Assembly (NCBI GenBank): GCA_030324005.1
Contig: JARDVH010000124.1
Span: forward strand, 25,723,028-25,787,027
From: Negaprion brevirostris
Lineage: Eukaryota
DNA length: 64,000 bases
Reading direction: 5' to 3'
Shown: piece after piece, positions 13,201-26,545 of the stretch
Numbering within the stretch: position 1 is the stretch's first letter
Layout of the letters: each line of letters begins with the position of its first letter
Position numbers and translations under genes: made by a program
Notes under the pieces: generated by a model
The model's database searches: none
Seen by the model: the letters and a program-made list of their open reading frames with translations, nothing else
Told to the model about the DNA's origin: nothing

Positions 13201-14345
13201 AAGACTGGTGGCAAGGTGGTCACATCAGTGCACGAGTATTCCAGCAGCCTGGGCTACTGATTTGTAGCAGCAAGTTCAAATGCCACCATAGCAACTCAGT
13301 AATTTAAATTTGATTGACTAAATAAGTCTGGAATTAAAAAGCTAGTAGGTGATCAAAATCTGCAGTGAAAGTAACACTGCAGGGTTGAAGCAAACGAGAT
13401 CCAGTCTGGAAAGGAATTGCGCTCAGGACTCCACTACATCATCATCAGTTCTTGAGCAATTAGCTAGAAGGACTCCATTGTCAGTTAGAAACTTCACTCC
13501 TCCTGCTTCAAGTTCCAAGACAGCGTTGGCGATCATGGAGTTCCACTGGATTGGTCCAAGATTATGCTTGGCAAAGTGCTGCAGTAGTTTACCTTTGCTT
13601 TGTGCAGAATGGTCGACCAGTAAACTCTCTGGTTTTTTTGTCTATCATTAGGTGTGTTGGAAGGATTTACAGGCTGACAATCAATCCCTTTGGCAATGTT
13701 ATGAACACACCTTCCATGGCGCATCAATTCTCGAAGTCGGACTTGAACCTCTGGCCCTGGTAGCTGTGCTCCTACTGTGCAATAAGACCTCCCTGGAAAC
13801 TTCATTACTTGCTATTACGGACTCATGTTTCGAATAGGTAAAATTTTTGCGACAGGCAATTTTTGCTGATAGTTTCCGTACGCTACTTTCTACCCAGTAC
13901 CAAACGTCCTTGTGAAATCAAAGTCATACATGTTACTCAAACCATTTGTCACAAAGGTGTGCAAGAATTAACATAAAAAAGAATGTTCAGTAAAAAGTTA
14001 TTCAGCAGTCTTGCATTTCTATACTGTTCTACCATAACTACTGGACCATAATCCTAATGCAGAAATATTTAGACTACTTTATGCTATTATTTGGATAAAA
14101 GTACTCAAGAGACTTTCCACACTGCCTGACAATCTTTTACAACTTTATTTAGGTCCTAGCACGACCGGCTGATAAATTGTAGACACTGACTTTTTTGAAT
14201 TGCATCAATACAATAGGGGGNNNNNNNNNNNNNNNNNNATGCAGAGTCAGGACTAAACTGGGAATTCTCACTTCATGGTGTTAATGTACATCACAGATGT
14301 GTGGAACCAATTCTGCACCTTTAATACTAAAGTCTTGAAATACAG

Positions 14346-14793
14346 CAGTGGTTCCTAAACTGGGTTTTGCGGAACGCAGCCTCCCAGGGATCCTGCAGCA
14401 GACAAATTTATATAATTTGAGTGTCATGCTGAGGGAGGAGAGATCATGTATGTCTGAAGGAGAAGTGAAAAATCTGTGTGCCCACTGAGACCCCAGCATT
14501 CCAGCAGAGCTCTTCCCATTTTAAGTAAAAGAGCAGCAACACTCCTTCCATTAAAAATGACAAAAAGGTAAGCTTTAGTATGTTTTCTTTATAAGAAAAC
14601 TTTTTAAATTATAGTAAATATGTACATGTAAGAAATAGAAAAGACTTCTCTAAGTTTGGTTTTTGTATGTTTATACCTATTGCACAAAAACAATTTTTGT
14701 GGTTTGGCCCTTTGACATGATCACAATATTTCTCAGGGGTTTCTTCAAGACTCTTGGGAGTTCAAAGGGGTTGGATAAGTTCAGGAAACCCTG
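14346..14793. mobile_element. hAT (Charlie-like) MITE
   Basis: TIRs CAGTGGTTCCTAAACT / AGTTCAGGAAACCCTG (13/16) and an 8-bp TSD AAATACAG (14338-14345) / AAATGCAG (14794-14801). Confidence 0.8.
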
Positions 14794-17700
14794 AAATGCA
14801 GTCAGTGAAATTTTAGTCACTCAGCTCCTTGAATCTTTTATGATATTGAGATAGATCATGGCTGCTCTTTAACTAATTCAAATGCACTCACTTTGGGTCT
14901 ATAATTCCTGTATCCTTGGCTAGCGAAATCTATCAATTTAACATTGTTAAATTAGCATCCACTGCTTTTTGTGGGAGGGAGTTCCGTACTGAAAAAAATC
15001 TGCAAGCTTCATCTCTGACTGGCTCTGATTTTGTGTCCTCAGTGTCCTAGACTCCTAGTACAAAAGATTGTCACTACTTACCTTATCAATCATTTCAATC
15101 AAAGAAACCTTTCTATTGATATCAGGGAAAATTTGGAGAAGGTAGGGTCAGGTGATTCAAATGTGTGACATTTCTACTAAGAGTATATAGTCATATATTG
15201 CTTCAATAAAATCACTGCAACCATTATCGAGCTTAAATTGCAGAGCATATTTCTGTATTGATTAGAAGACTTTCTAAAAATCTTCAAATTAGAAGAACCA
15301 ATCTCAAGTCACATATACAAGGATGAGTACTTTAAACTGAAACTCATAACCTAAAAGTTATTTTCTTTCCAAAATGCTCAGTTTTGAAACTCAATATAAT
15401 CAAATAGAAAAATGCAATCAGATCTTTGTGGTAGAAGTTTAAATATTGAATGCCTAATACAACATAACAGCCTCTCTCCAAATTCAGATAACTTCAGAGT
15501 AACCAAGAAAGGAGTTAATACAAACTATTGCAAGCTGTCATAAAAATAATTAAGTGTCCGAAATCTGAGGGAGCTTCTCAGGATTTTTCAACCAAAGCTT
15601 CAATTATTCCAACAAGGGCACATCTGCTCCACCAAGTTGTGTCTTTCTACCATGAGCTGAAAACAAAAGATTGACACAAGGTAACTGTGGAACACTGGAA
15701 ATGAGCGGCACTTGCACAACTCCAGTCAAAATTTTGGCATTCCAAATCAAATCTCTCACATCAGGCATTAAAGCAGATTTTCAGTCAATCTTGGTTTTCA
15801 GCTAAAAACTGAGATCTGCTGGTTTTGTGGTCCATGATTTACAAAATAGCTTGCTTCCAAACCATGCCTGTCAATCATTATGCACTGGGAAGCTTTGTTT
15901 GCATTTGGTGTTATAAAGAATGGAGTTAATTCTATTTGAAATTAACACACAACTTCCCTCCAGACGACAAAATAGCTATATGCAATCTCCCCACCAAAAC
16001 AAATTCATTTCCACATAAGTGTGCATTGCTTCATTCTCTCCCCACCCTCAACAGACAAAATTAGAATGCACTTGAGTTTATTTTTATAGTTACCAAGCTA
16101 AATACATATAAAACTAATTGGCAATTTCACCATTCAAAACAAAACAGGGTTCTGCTTCCAGTACACATCTCTTCAAAAAAAATTGGCTTAAAATGAAAGT
16201 AGCTTTGTTTTTTGGCTTTGAATTTTAGTTCAATTTGCTCAACTGAATCACTTTGTTTATTCTGCCGTTCCCTAGCCTAAAACATTTTTCTCAATTAATT
16301 ACATTTTTCCCTTCTCCAGCGATTTTTAAATTCTTGTTTAAGTAATTATTTGATTAACACTGCACCCATGAGGATTTTCCCAGTAGTTTCATCTTCAATG
16401 TCCAACAACTCAAACAAGGGGTCATTGCCATTCTCTGGATTTGACAAACACACTGTGATCTAAACGTCTGAGTTCAAGAGTTAGTTCTCAAATATTCTGC
16501 TCTGTGGCAAGTGTAAATATTAGACTCCCTTAGCAACACAAAAGTGAACTCATTCCAAACAATGCCATTGCTCACAATTCTTATTTAAACTGAAAAGATG
16601 CTGAAAAAATTGTTACCTATATGATTGACAATCATTATTATTCATTTAGTGAACATCAGCCTCTCTTTCTAAATTAACTTTTGAGTCAATGAAGCAGGCA
16701 CAACATATGCATGCTAAATGTGAGTCTTTGTAACTCATTGGCATCCAACAAAGATAACATCATATCAACATACCATTTGTCAAGCAAGTACATTTTGAAA
16801 TCAAATTTTATACTTCTCATTTTTCTTTCAACTGTATAGCACAATATTTCAATAAATTCAAAAACTAGTCCTTACCCCTTGACGTAGCTAAACATCCCAT
16901 AATTAAGATGTCAAAATAACTTGATGCTTCACTTAAGATCAACATTGGTAATAATAGTTTAAGTTGATTTGGTTCCCACTTAATTTGGGGCCATTTAAGG
17001 AGTAGAATTACTAACACATTTGCCACTAAGGAACTCAGTTTGAATCTCAATCTAGACAAGTATTTCCACTCAAGGACACCACAATTGGTCACAGTCAAGA
17101 AAAGGAGTGAACACAAGCCAAGCCACACTTTGGCACCCCTACCAATAGGGAAAGGCTGAAAAAAATACATGGGAAGTGGAAATAACTACAAAATAATCTT
17201 GCACTACTGCACGTTTCATTTAAACTTCTGAATGCACACATATTTTGTGAAATACGTATATCTTACCTTAATTTTCACCTGCAGATAGTTGCAGGAAGTA
17301 TGAGGGAAAGAAATTAACATATTAACAGGAACTGAAAAGATGAAATTAAGATTCAGTATAGAAATCTTTTCCACAGCTCAATGAAAGAGGAATAATCTGA
17401 AGTGTTCATTAATAATGAGAACTACAAGAAATACGCACATCGAAGGAAAAAAGTTAAATATTTTTAAAGGCTCACGATTTGAAACTTGTCTTACATAACA
17501 TTGGTTATTAAAGGCATGTATACATGGTGCCACACAAAATTTGCTTCAGACTTACAAATGTCAATAAAAATTAGTTCTAAAAAAACTGTCCTGACATAAT
17601 CCCAGCTTGAATGCTTCCATGAACATTAAAAAACCCACACAGAATTAGGTAAATAATATAAACCTGCAGTTTTCCTTGATGAGGTGATAAAAGTCCATTC

Positions 17701-18805
17701 CCATAAATTATAATGAGCTCTATTATCCTTCAACATGCAGAAACCTAAAGATTCCATTTTACTGCACAAGGTAATAACTCTCCACAGATGTTTCCATTGA
17801 AATAAAGTACAATATCATGTTTCTAATTTTAATACTCAAATAATCAGCTCCATTGCTGCCTGATCTGCTGATTATTTTCAATACTTTGTTTTTACTTCAG
17901 GTTGTTCGTACCTGCAGAATTTTACTTTTCCATCACTCCATTTCAGCTAGCCATTATTATAAAAGTTTGCCATGAAAATTCTTGATAAATAGATACTGAA
18001 TTATTGGAAAAGGCCTGAGCCAGGAAGGTACCAATCCATTAAACAACATGCATTTGATCTGAATCAGTCTTCTATATGCATCATTAAAACCATTCATTAA
18101 AGAAACTAGCTATCAACAATATCCAACAAAACTTAAGTTCAATTCTTCATTGCCAGATTGCTTCATAAGTGAGTCCTCGCAACTTTATGGAATAAACCAT
18201 CAAGGACATTCAGAACGTGTAATGCAAAGCTAAGGTATTTTGGCTGAGTCATCAGAAATAAATCTCATATGGTTAAAAACTGTGGAGCGGTATTGCAGCT
18301 CAGGCAGTTTAAGAAGCAACTCTCATCAGTTTGGATAGCAGACATTGTTTAAAACTTCAACTTTTTTGTCCAAGTTCAACGTTTTGCCAGCAATTTGCTG
18401 CAAAATCAGATTTCTCTGTGGTATCTTTTGGGAAGGCCACTCATCCTGTATGTGACTTCAATAGTAATATATGCTGAATGATCACAAAGCAGCATTGATG
18501 ACCAAGGTGCTATGCTCACCTTGAAAAGGTACAAAATCTTGGAAGAGTGACAGGATCCAAAAAATGTCAATTGTAAAATCTTTGCTGTGATGAGAACCAC
18601 TTCATAAGTGAACCTCAAAATCTTGCTACTTTATAGTGATGTGCACTGGACTGGAAAAATCAGATTGGCAAAAGTAGCTTATCAGAGTTCGTAGGATATT
18701 TTTGGGATAGTCTCATGGTACAGCATGTGCTGGAGCCAATCAGAAAAGTGTCTATGCTAGATGTGGCATTGTGTGACGAGATAGGATTAATTGGTAACCT
18801 CAATA

Positions 18806-19040
18806 TCATAGAATCCCTACAGTGCAGAAGGAGGCCATTTGCCAGTGTAGTCTGCACAGGCTTTCTGACAGAGCATTTTATCCAGGCCATCTCCCTGCTG
18901 CCCCACATATTTACACTGCTAATCTCCCTAACTTACACATTTTTGGATAACAAGGGGCAATTTAGCATGGGCAATCTACCTAATCAGCACATTTTTGGAC
19001 TCTGGGATGAAACTGGAGCACCCAGAGAAAACCCATGTAG
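18806..19040 (-). mobile_element. HE1/V-SINE-type SINE
   Basis: CATAGAATCCCTACAGTGCAGAAGGAGGCCATT...GGGGCAATTTAGCATGG..AATCTACCTAA. Confidence 0.85.
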
Positions 19041-19049
19041 AGAGGCAGT

Positions 19050-21700
19050 GTGGTGTATGGTGTGAACTTCAGAGCTCAAGGTCCAAGCCACAGATGGCGC
19101 AGCAACCAAAAGTGGAGCAATTACAATTGAGGATGCTCAACAAGCCAAAATTAGGCAGGCCTATGGTGCTAGGAAGGGGCAAAGGCACAGAATGATCTGG
19201 AACCAGGATGTTCATTTTAAAGTCAAAGCATTGCATGAATAGTAGCCAAAATAGGTCAGGAGGCACAAGGGTGATAGGTGAACAAAGCTTTACATGGGTT
19301 AAGCACAAAGGCAGCAGAATTTCAGATGATTTCAAGATGATGGAGGGTAGAATTTGGGGGATCAGTCAAGAGTGTAGTGGAATGGTTAAGTCTAGGGGTA
19401 CCAAAGGCATGAATGAGGGTTTTGCAACTGTTGACCTGAGACAGGGGAAAAGTAGATTATGGAAATTGGCCATCTTAGTCTAAGGATGAATACACAATCA
19501 GTAGCTCATTTTAGAATCACGTATGACACCAAGCCAGGGAACAACCTGGTTTAATCTCAGACTTGCCAGGGAGAGGGATGGAGTCAGTAGCTGGGGAACA
19601 GAGATCGTAGCAGAGACCAAAAAGAATGGTTTCTCAATATTTGATTGAAGGAAACATCCACTTATCCAGTAGTAGATGCTGGATAAGCCACCTGATAATT
19701 TTGCAACAATGGAGGCATTGAGAGAGATGGCAGTGTAATAGTTGGGTGTCATTAACATAGATGTGAAAACTAATGCTGTTTCTTCAGATTATGTCACATG
19801 TGGTTGAGAAATAATTGGGGTGGCGGCGGCGGCGGGAGATAGATCCATAGGGGATACTAGAGATTGTGGCACTGCAGCAAGAAAATAAGCCACTGCAAAA
19901 GGATATTCTGGTTACGATTAGTTGGATTAGAACAGAACCATGGTGAGTGCAGTTCCACTCAACTGGGTGACAGTGGAGCGATGTTGGAGGAAGATGGTGT
20001 GGTCAACAGTGTCAAAGGCTGCAGAGAGATTAAGAGGATGAGGAAAGATTTAACTTTCTCACAATCACATAGGATGCCACTTGTGACTTAAGAACAGTTT
20101 TTGTTACTGNNNNNNNNNNNNNNNNNNNNNNNNNNNNNNNNNNNNNNNNNNNNNNNNNNNNNNNNNNNNNNNNNNNNNNNNNNNNNNNNNNNNNNNNNNN
20201 NNNNNNNNNNNNNNNNNNNNNNNNNNNNNNNNNNNNNNNNNNNNNNNNNNNNNNNNNNNNNNNNNNNNNNNNNNNNNNNNNNNNNNNNNNNNNNNNNNNN
20301 NNNNNNNNNNNNNNNNNNNNNNNNNNNNNNNNNNNNNNNNNNNNNNNNNNNNNNNNNNNNNNNNNNNNNNNNNNNNNNNNNNNNNNNNNNNNNNNNNNNN
20401 NNNNNNNNNNNNNNNNNNNNNNNNNNNNNNNNNNNNNNNNNNNNNNNNNNNNNNNNNNNNNNNNNNNNNNNNNNNNNNNNNNNNNNNNNNNNNNNNNNNN
20501 NNNNNNNNNNNNNNNNNNNNNNNNNNNNNNNNNNNNNNNNNNNNNNNNNNNNNNNNNNNNNNNNNNNNNNNNNNNNNNNNNNNNNNNNNNNNNNNNNNNN
20601 NNNNNNNNNNNNNNNNNNNNNNNNNNNNNNNNNNNNNNNNNNNNNNNNNNNNNNNNNNNNNNNNNNNNNNNNNNNNNNNNNNNNNNNNNNNNNNNNNNNN
20701 NNNNNNNNNNNNNNNNNNNNNNNNNNNNNNNNNNNNNNNNNNNNNNNNNNNNNNNNNNNNNNNNNNNNNNNNNNNNNNNNNNNNNNNNNNNNNNNNNNNN
20801 NNNNNNNNNNNNNNNNNNNNNNNNNNNNNNNNNNNNNNNNNNNNNNNNNNNNNNNNNNNNNNNNNNNNNNNNNNNNNNNNNNNNNNNNNNNNNNNNNNNN
20901 NNNNNNNNNNNNNNNNNNNNNNNNNNNNNNCGCAGGAATGAAAGGAGATTAGGGAGGAAATTCCAGAGCTGAGGAAAGACATGCCACCAATGGTGGAGTA
21001 AAGAAAGCAAGGAATGAACCAAGGCTGGAGTTTGAGGAATGCAGAGCTCTCATGGACTGTAAGGTTAGAGAAGATTACAGAGATGGGAGACAAGCGGCGA
21101 TGGAGGAATTTCATCCAAGATTAGAATTCAATGTCAAGGTTATGAGGCAATGTAGGTTAGCAAACACAAGCTGATGCATGAATGAAATTTAGTCCAAGTT
21201 AAGCTATGAGCAGAGTTTTGGATGATATTATTAAGGATGGAAGACAGGCAAGCCTGGAAGTAATTAAAGTATAGGTGAAGGTTTCAGCTCCAGAATGGAC
21301 TGAGGTAAAACAGGTGATAATGAAGGTTGAAAGAAGGTAGCCTTTGACACAGAGAAGATATGGGATCAGAAGCTCAACTCTGCCCAGCAAGATTGTGAAT
21401 AGTCTGGTTCAGACTTGGACAGTGGCAGATAAGTGATTTGATTGCTTGGGAATGGTATTTGTGGAGGAGGATGAAGACTGTGGTTTTGATTTTCCCAACT
21501 TTTAATTAAAGGAGACTCAATGTCAGACAAGCAATCCAAAATCAGAGGTAGTGATAGAGTTGTGCTGGGTAATGTTCGCAAATATGTGGAATTTGACACC
21601 GCTTACGAACAGCATGTAGATGAGAAATAGGAGGTGAACAAAACTAAATAACTGGGAACTCAAAAGATTACAGAGCAGTGGCAAAAAGAGAACCCATTAC
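19050..21700 (-). mobile_element. Two decayed L2-like LINE fragments (gapped)
   Basis: Minus-strand degenerate RT motif (H-I-Y-V-N-D-T near 19745); the same RT segment recurs at about 19490 and 21355. Confidence 0.6.
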
Positions 21701-21979
21701 AGNNNNNNNNNNNNNNNNNNNNNNNNNNNNNNNNNNNNNNNNNNNNNNNNNNNNNNNNNNNNNNNNNNNNNNNNNNNNNNNNNNNNNNNNNNNNNNNNNN
21801 NNACAGGGGATTTGCTGACTTCAAGTGGATAGGTTTAAAAAGCGTGTGAAAGTTAATGATGGCAACCACAAAATATTATGACCTTTTCATGGAAAAACGG
21901 GGGAAATTACCCAAAGGTATGATTTATAGTCAAACTGTTTTGGCAGAAAAGTGTTTTAAAGTGCCTCTGTCACCCTATT

Positions 21980-22497
21980 AAAATATATTCCCTGGCAGTA
22001 GAAATGAGCATATTGATACTGTAATTATGGAAGTGTGATGAGATCCTGCAGCAATAGTTTAGGGAATTAGGTAGAAAGTTAAAAAGCAGGACCTCTAGAA
22101 TTGTAATCTCAGGATTACTCCCTGTGCCACAGGCTAGTGAGGCTAGGAATAGGAAGATAGTGCAGCTCAACATATGGCTAAACAGCTAGTGCAGGAGGGA
22201 GGATTTCAGATATCTGGACCACTGGGGTCTCTTCCAGGTCAGGTGGGACCTGTACAAGGACAGGTTGCATCTAAACTGGAAGGGCATAAATACTCTGGCC
22301 AGGAGGTTTGCTAATGTCACACAGGAGGATTTAAACTAGTTTGGCAGGGAGGGGATGGGAACCAAAAAAGGTGAATTAGCTGAAGGGGAATCAGCAAGAA
22401 GGGACAGTAAGACTCAAATAGCAGGCAAGGACAGTGGAGGGAATCTATGCATGGAGCCAGAGGAAATGGGCAAGGTATGAAATGAGTATTTTGCATC
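21980..22497 (+). mobile_element. CR1 ORF1 (esterase-type) fragment plus ORF2 piece
   Basis: Translations ISGLLPVP, W...RWDLYK.LHLNWKG; GAAATGAGTATTTTGCATCAGT (NEYFASV). Confidence 0.8.
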
Positions 22498-23618
22498 AGT
22501 ATTGTTCTGCACACAGCACTGGTTTGATGCCTCCTGAAAATCTGTACAAATCCATCCTTTTTGATGACTAGTACTAATGGTGTAGCCCACTCACTAATGT
22601 TGTCAGATTCCAAGACTCCNNNNNNNNNNNNNNNNNNNNNNNNNNNNNNNNNNNNNNNNNNNNNNNNNNNNNNNNNNNNNNNNNNNNNNNNNNNNNNNNN
22701 NNNNNNNNNNNNNNNNNNNATGTTGACAGATTCCAAGACTCCTATCTTCACCAGTCATTCCAAGTCAGCCTCTACTTTTGGCCTGATAACGTTGTACCAA
22801 TCTTGCCTTCAAGCATTTCGCTCGGCTTCCTTCTTTAATTTTCAGCTTAACTGTGATGTCTTTCATACTGCCTAGCCCTTTATCAAACATAATAGCATTT
22901 TTTTAAGAATTTTTCCAATGTCTTCATTAGCCATTAGGTTGACTTGGGCCCAGTTCAGTTGAAACTTCTCGAACCACGTTCGACCCATCAATACTGGATA
23001 ATTGCCCTTTACTACATGTAAAGGCAAATCTGCTGTTCGCCCATTGCTACTTCAGTGGAACCATTACACGTGTGTATATCTTCAACACTACTTTTGAAAC
23101 TTTCAAGGAAATACGAGTTCTTGTTAACATACAATCTCTGGTACCATTGAGACTGCTGCCCCAGCACTGACAATCATCCTTTCTGTTTGTCCAACCAGCA
23201 ATGGAGCAACCCAGTATCTATTCATTGTGCTTGCCATTGTTCGCGCTTTCAGTGACAATTTGTCTTTAGACTGAGAGTCACCTCATTTTTCTAAACCCTT
23301 CCGCATAGTGCGAATACTTTTTTTGCTCTGTTTGCATGCTGGTTTTGATTTATTCTTATTTTTGCTTGTGGTTCATTTTTCCTTCCAACAGGCAGGCTCT
23401 GTGTGATCTTTTATTCCACAACTTCTGCATATTATGTTCTTGCAAGAGCGCTCCACAGTTGAATACCCTTGCTTTGCACACTGGTGACATGTATGAATTT
23501 CAAAACTCCTGGGTGTCGATTCAGCTGACGTTTTGTGTATGAGTAATCAAACTCATTTCTGAGCTTCTTCTGTAGACTGCTGTATCAAAACAGCAATTTC
23601 CATGGCCTTTTCCAGAGT
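22497..23618 (-). mobile_element. Gypsy LTR retrotransposon gag-pro-RT fragment, inverted
   Basis: Minus translations LTLEKAMEIAV, LMGRTWFEKFQLNW, GVLES..ISEWATPLVLVIKKDG. Confidence 0.85.
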
Positions 23619-24716
23619 AAGGCCAAAAGTGGAGGCTGACTTGGAATGACTGGTGAAGATAGGAGTCTTGGAATCTGTCAACATTAGTGAATGGGCTACA
23701 CCATTAGTGCTAGTCATCAAAAAGGACGGATTCGTACAGATTTACAGGAGGCTTCAATCCAGTGCTGTGTGCAGAACAATACCCACTAGCCCACACTGAT
23801 GACTTTTTTGGCAGGAGGCTAACATTTTAGCAAAATTGATCTGAGCCAGGTATGCTGACAGATGAATGCGGACCAGATGTCGCAGGAACCTCTGNNNNNN
23901 NNNNNNNNNNNNNNNNNNNNNNNNNNNNNNNNNNNNNNNNNNNNNNNNNNNNNNNNNNNNNNNNNNNNNNNNNNNNNNNNNNNNNNNNNNNNNNNNNNNN
24001 NNNNNNNNNNNNNNNNNNNNNNNNNNNNNNNNNNNNNNNNNNNNNNNNNNNNNNNNNNNNNNNNNNNNNNNNNNNNNNNNNNNNNNNNNNNNNNNNNNNN
24101 NNNNNNNNNNNNNNNNNNNNNNNNNNNNNNNNNNNNNNNNNNNNNNNNNNNNNNNNNNNNNNNNNNNNNNNNNNNNNNNNNNNNNNNNNNNNNNNNNNNN
24201 NNNNNNNNNNNNNNNNNNNNNNNNNNNNNNNNNNNNNNNNNNNNNNNNNNNNNNNNNNNNNNNNNNNNNNNNNNNNNNNNNNNNNNNNNNNNNNNNNNNN
24301 NNNNNNNNNNNNNNNNNNNNNNNNNNNNNNNNNNNNNNNNNNNNNNNNNNNNNNNNNNNNNNNNNNNNNNNNNNNNNNNNNNNNNNNNNNNNNNNNNNNN
24401 NNNNNNNNNNNNNNNNNNNNNNNNNNNNNNNNNNNNNNNNNNNNNNNNNNNNNNNNNNNNNNNNNNNNNNNNNNNNNNNNNNNNNNNNNNNNNNNNNNNN
24501 NNNNNNNNNNNNNNNNNNNNNNNNNNNNNNNNNNNNNNNNNNNNNNNNNNNNNNNNNNNNNNNNNNNNNNNNNNNNNNNNNNNNNNNNNNNNNNNNNNNN
24601 NNNNNNNNNNNNNNNNNNNNNNNNNNNNNNNNNNNNNNNNNNNNNNNNNNNNNNNNNNNNNNNNNNNNNNNNNNNNNNNNNNNNNNNNNNNNNNNNNNNN
24701 NAAAAAATTTTTTAAA

Positions 24717-24924
24717 GCGGCATCTTGGCCTTTTGGCTAAGATGCAAATGAGATCAAACCTTGGAGGAGGAACTATGCCTACTTCAATCAGCTTGGGTCA
24801 TATAGATCAAGCCCAAGACAGGAGGTGAGAGCCCTGTCTTGTCAGCTTGGATTGGGAATATCTCAACTTGTTGATTTGGACTTGATTTGATTGAACTCAA
24901 ATAAAAAAAGACAAAAAAAAAAAA
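24717..24924 (+). mobile_element. Short poly(A)-tailed retroposon with U2 snRNA-derived head
   Basis: 24720-24743 GCATCTTGGCCTTTTGGCTAAGAT matches U2 nt 4-27 at 22/24, then a non-U2 structured body, AATAAA and an A-tail; inserted in Gypsy pol. Confidence 0.7.
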
Positions 24925-25019
24925 TTTGGTCTGCACTGTTGTATCCTACTACAAATGGACAAGCAGAATGTTTCGTTCAAACCATGAAACACACATTGAA
25001 AGCAACCAGGCAACAAGGT

Positions 25020-25330
25020 TCATAGAAAGAAATAGAAACCCTACAGTGCAGAAGGGAGCCATTTGGCCCATCAAATCTACACCGACAATAATTCCTATCC
25101 ATTTAACTCCACATATTTACCTTGCTAATCCCTCTAACCTATGCATCCTGGGACACCAAAGGGCAATTTAACATGGTAAATCAACCTAACCTGCACACGT
25201 TTGGACTGTGGGAGGAAACCCACGCAAACATAGGGAGAATATGCAAATTCCACACAGACAGTGACCCAAGCCAGGAATTGAACCCAGGTCCCTGGAGCTG
25301 AGAGGCAGCAATGCCAATCATTGTGCCACT
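25020..25330 (-). mobile_element. HE1/V-SINE-type SINE, near full length, inside Gypsy integrase
   Basis: Full reverse body ending ...GGAATTGAACCCAGGTCCCTGGAGCTGAGAGGCAGCAATGC (tRNA-like head). Confidence 0.92.
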
Positions 25331-26545
25331 ATTTGAAACAACTTTATCAATCCCTACTGATGTATTGCTCATTAAACTACTAAGATCTCTCCTGCATTAT
25401 TAATGAAAAGACAACTACATTCAGCACTTGACTTGTTGAAACCTCTGAAAAGAAAATAAATTGTTCAACAGGAACAACAAAATACAGATAGAACAGTTGG
25501 AAGTAAAGTGAAACATTGTGTCTTCCACCAAGGACAAGTGTTGGTCAGGAATTACTCCACAGGAGAGAAATGGGTTCCTGCCATGATCCTTGTGCAGATT
25601 GGATCTGTCTTGTATACCATTCAAACCAGAGACAATGTCATCTGGAGGAAGCATGCGGACCAGCTGTTGGTGGGAAGAACTGACCTGCCTATAATACAGA
25701 ATTTTGCCGTCATACAACAAAATCATATCTCATATCTTTGAGAGATCAGACAAAGCTTTTGGAATTTTGAATCAGCCTTTACTCACACCATATCAAGGAA
25801 GTCTGCCTCTCACAAGGCTGTGTACAGATTTACTGCATGATACATGGCATGCACAATTATATGTTTGCTTATCTTACAAATAATTTGCATATACCAATCA
25901 CAAATAGACATTTTCTCTGAAGTATAGTTAACCAGTTATAGCCTCTATATGGTTGTCTAATTACAATGATTAATTACTAATCAAGTACACCAACATGGTT
26001 ACATTATTCAAATATCCACACCTGATGTTATGGCTTGTGGTTATTGGAGTTCTCACCCTCTGCTCCTTGGTCAGTCTCTTTGTGCTGCCCATCTGCAGGT
26101 ATGGGAAGTGCAATGAAAAATCTTCACAGCAACTTCCCAGGGAATTGTGCTGTACTCAATTCACAGGGGAACTCTACTGCACTCAAAAATGTTAACCTCT
26201 TCAGCTGGAAATTGAATCTGGAAATCCGGATTCAACTGTACAAAGTCCTCAACGGAACCTTCCTGAAATTCTAACAGCGACAGATACTGTTGAGGAAGTC
26301 AATACCTCACCTTCAGACCAAGCACAGATTCAAACTCCACTACAACATTGACAGTGATCAAAGCAATCACTGATGATGATTGTACAAAGACGAAAATGCC
26401 AGAGGTTACAACTAGTACAAGCAGACAACACCAGAGGTTCGATGTTTTGAGAACGATGACTTCCAAACCGTCTTGACTTATTGATTGTTGATCATGTTAC
26501 ACTGCTCGAAATTGTTGGGGACATTCAATTTAAAGGGGGAAGAAA

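Larger units (their letters stand above)
23619..26545 (+). mobile_element. Gypsy LTR retrotransposon pol (RT, integrase) remnant with nested insertions
   Basis: PKVEADLE..SEWATPLVLV, FSKIDLSQ.; integrase TNGQAECFVQTMK (about 24948-24990); VLVRNYSTGEKW...WRKHADQL; polypurine tract AAAGGGGGAAGAAA at 26532-26545. Confidence 0.88.

Noticed and set aside
24720-24760. Functional U2 snRNA gene
   Set aside because: Similarity ends near U2 nt 27-30; no branch-point recognition sequence or Sm site.
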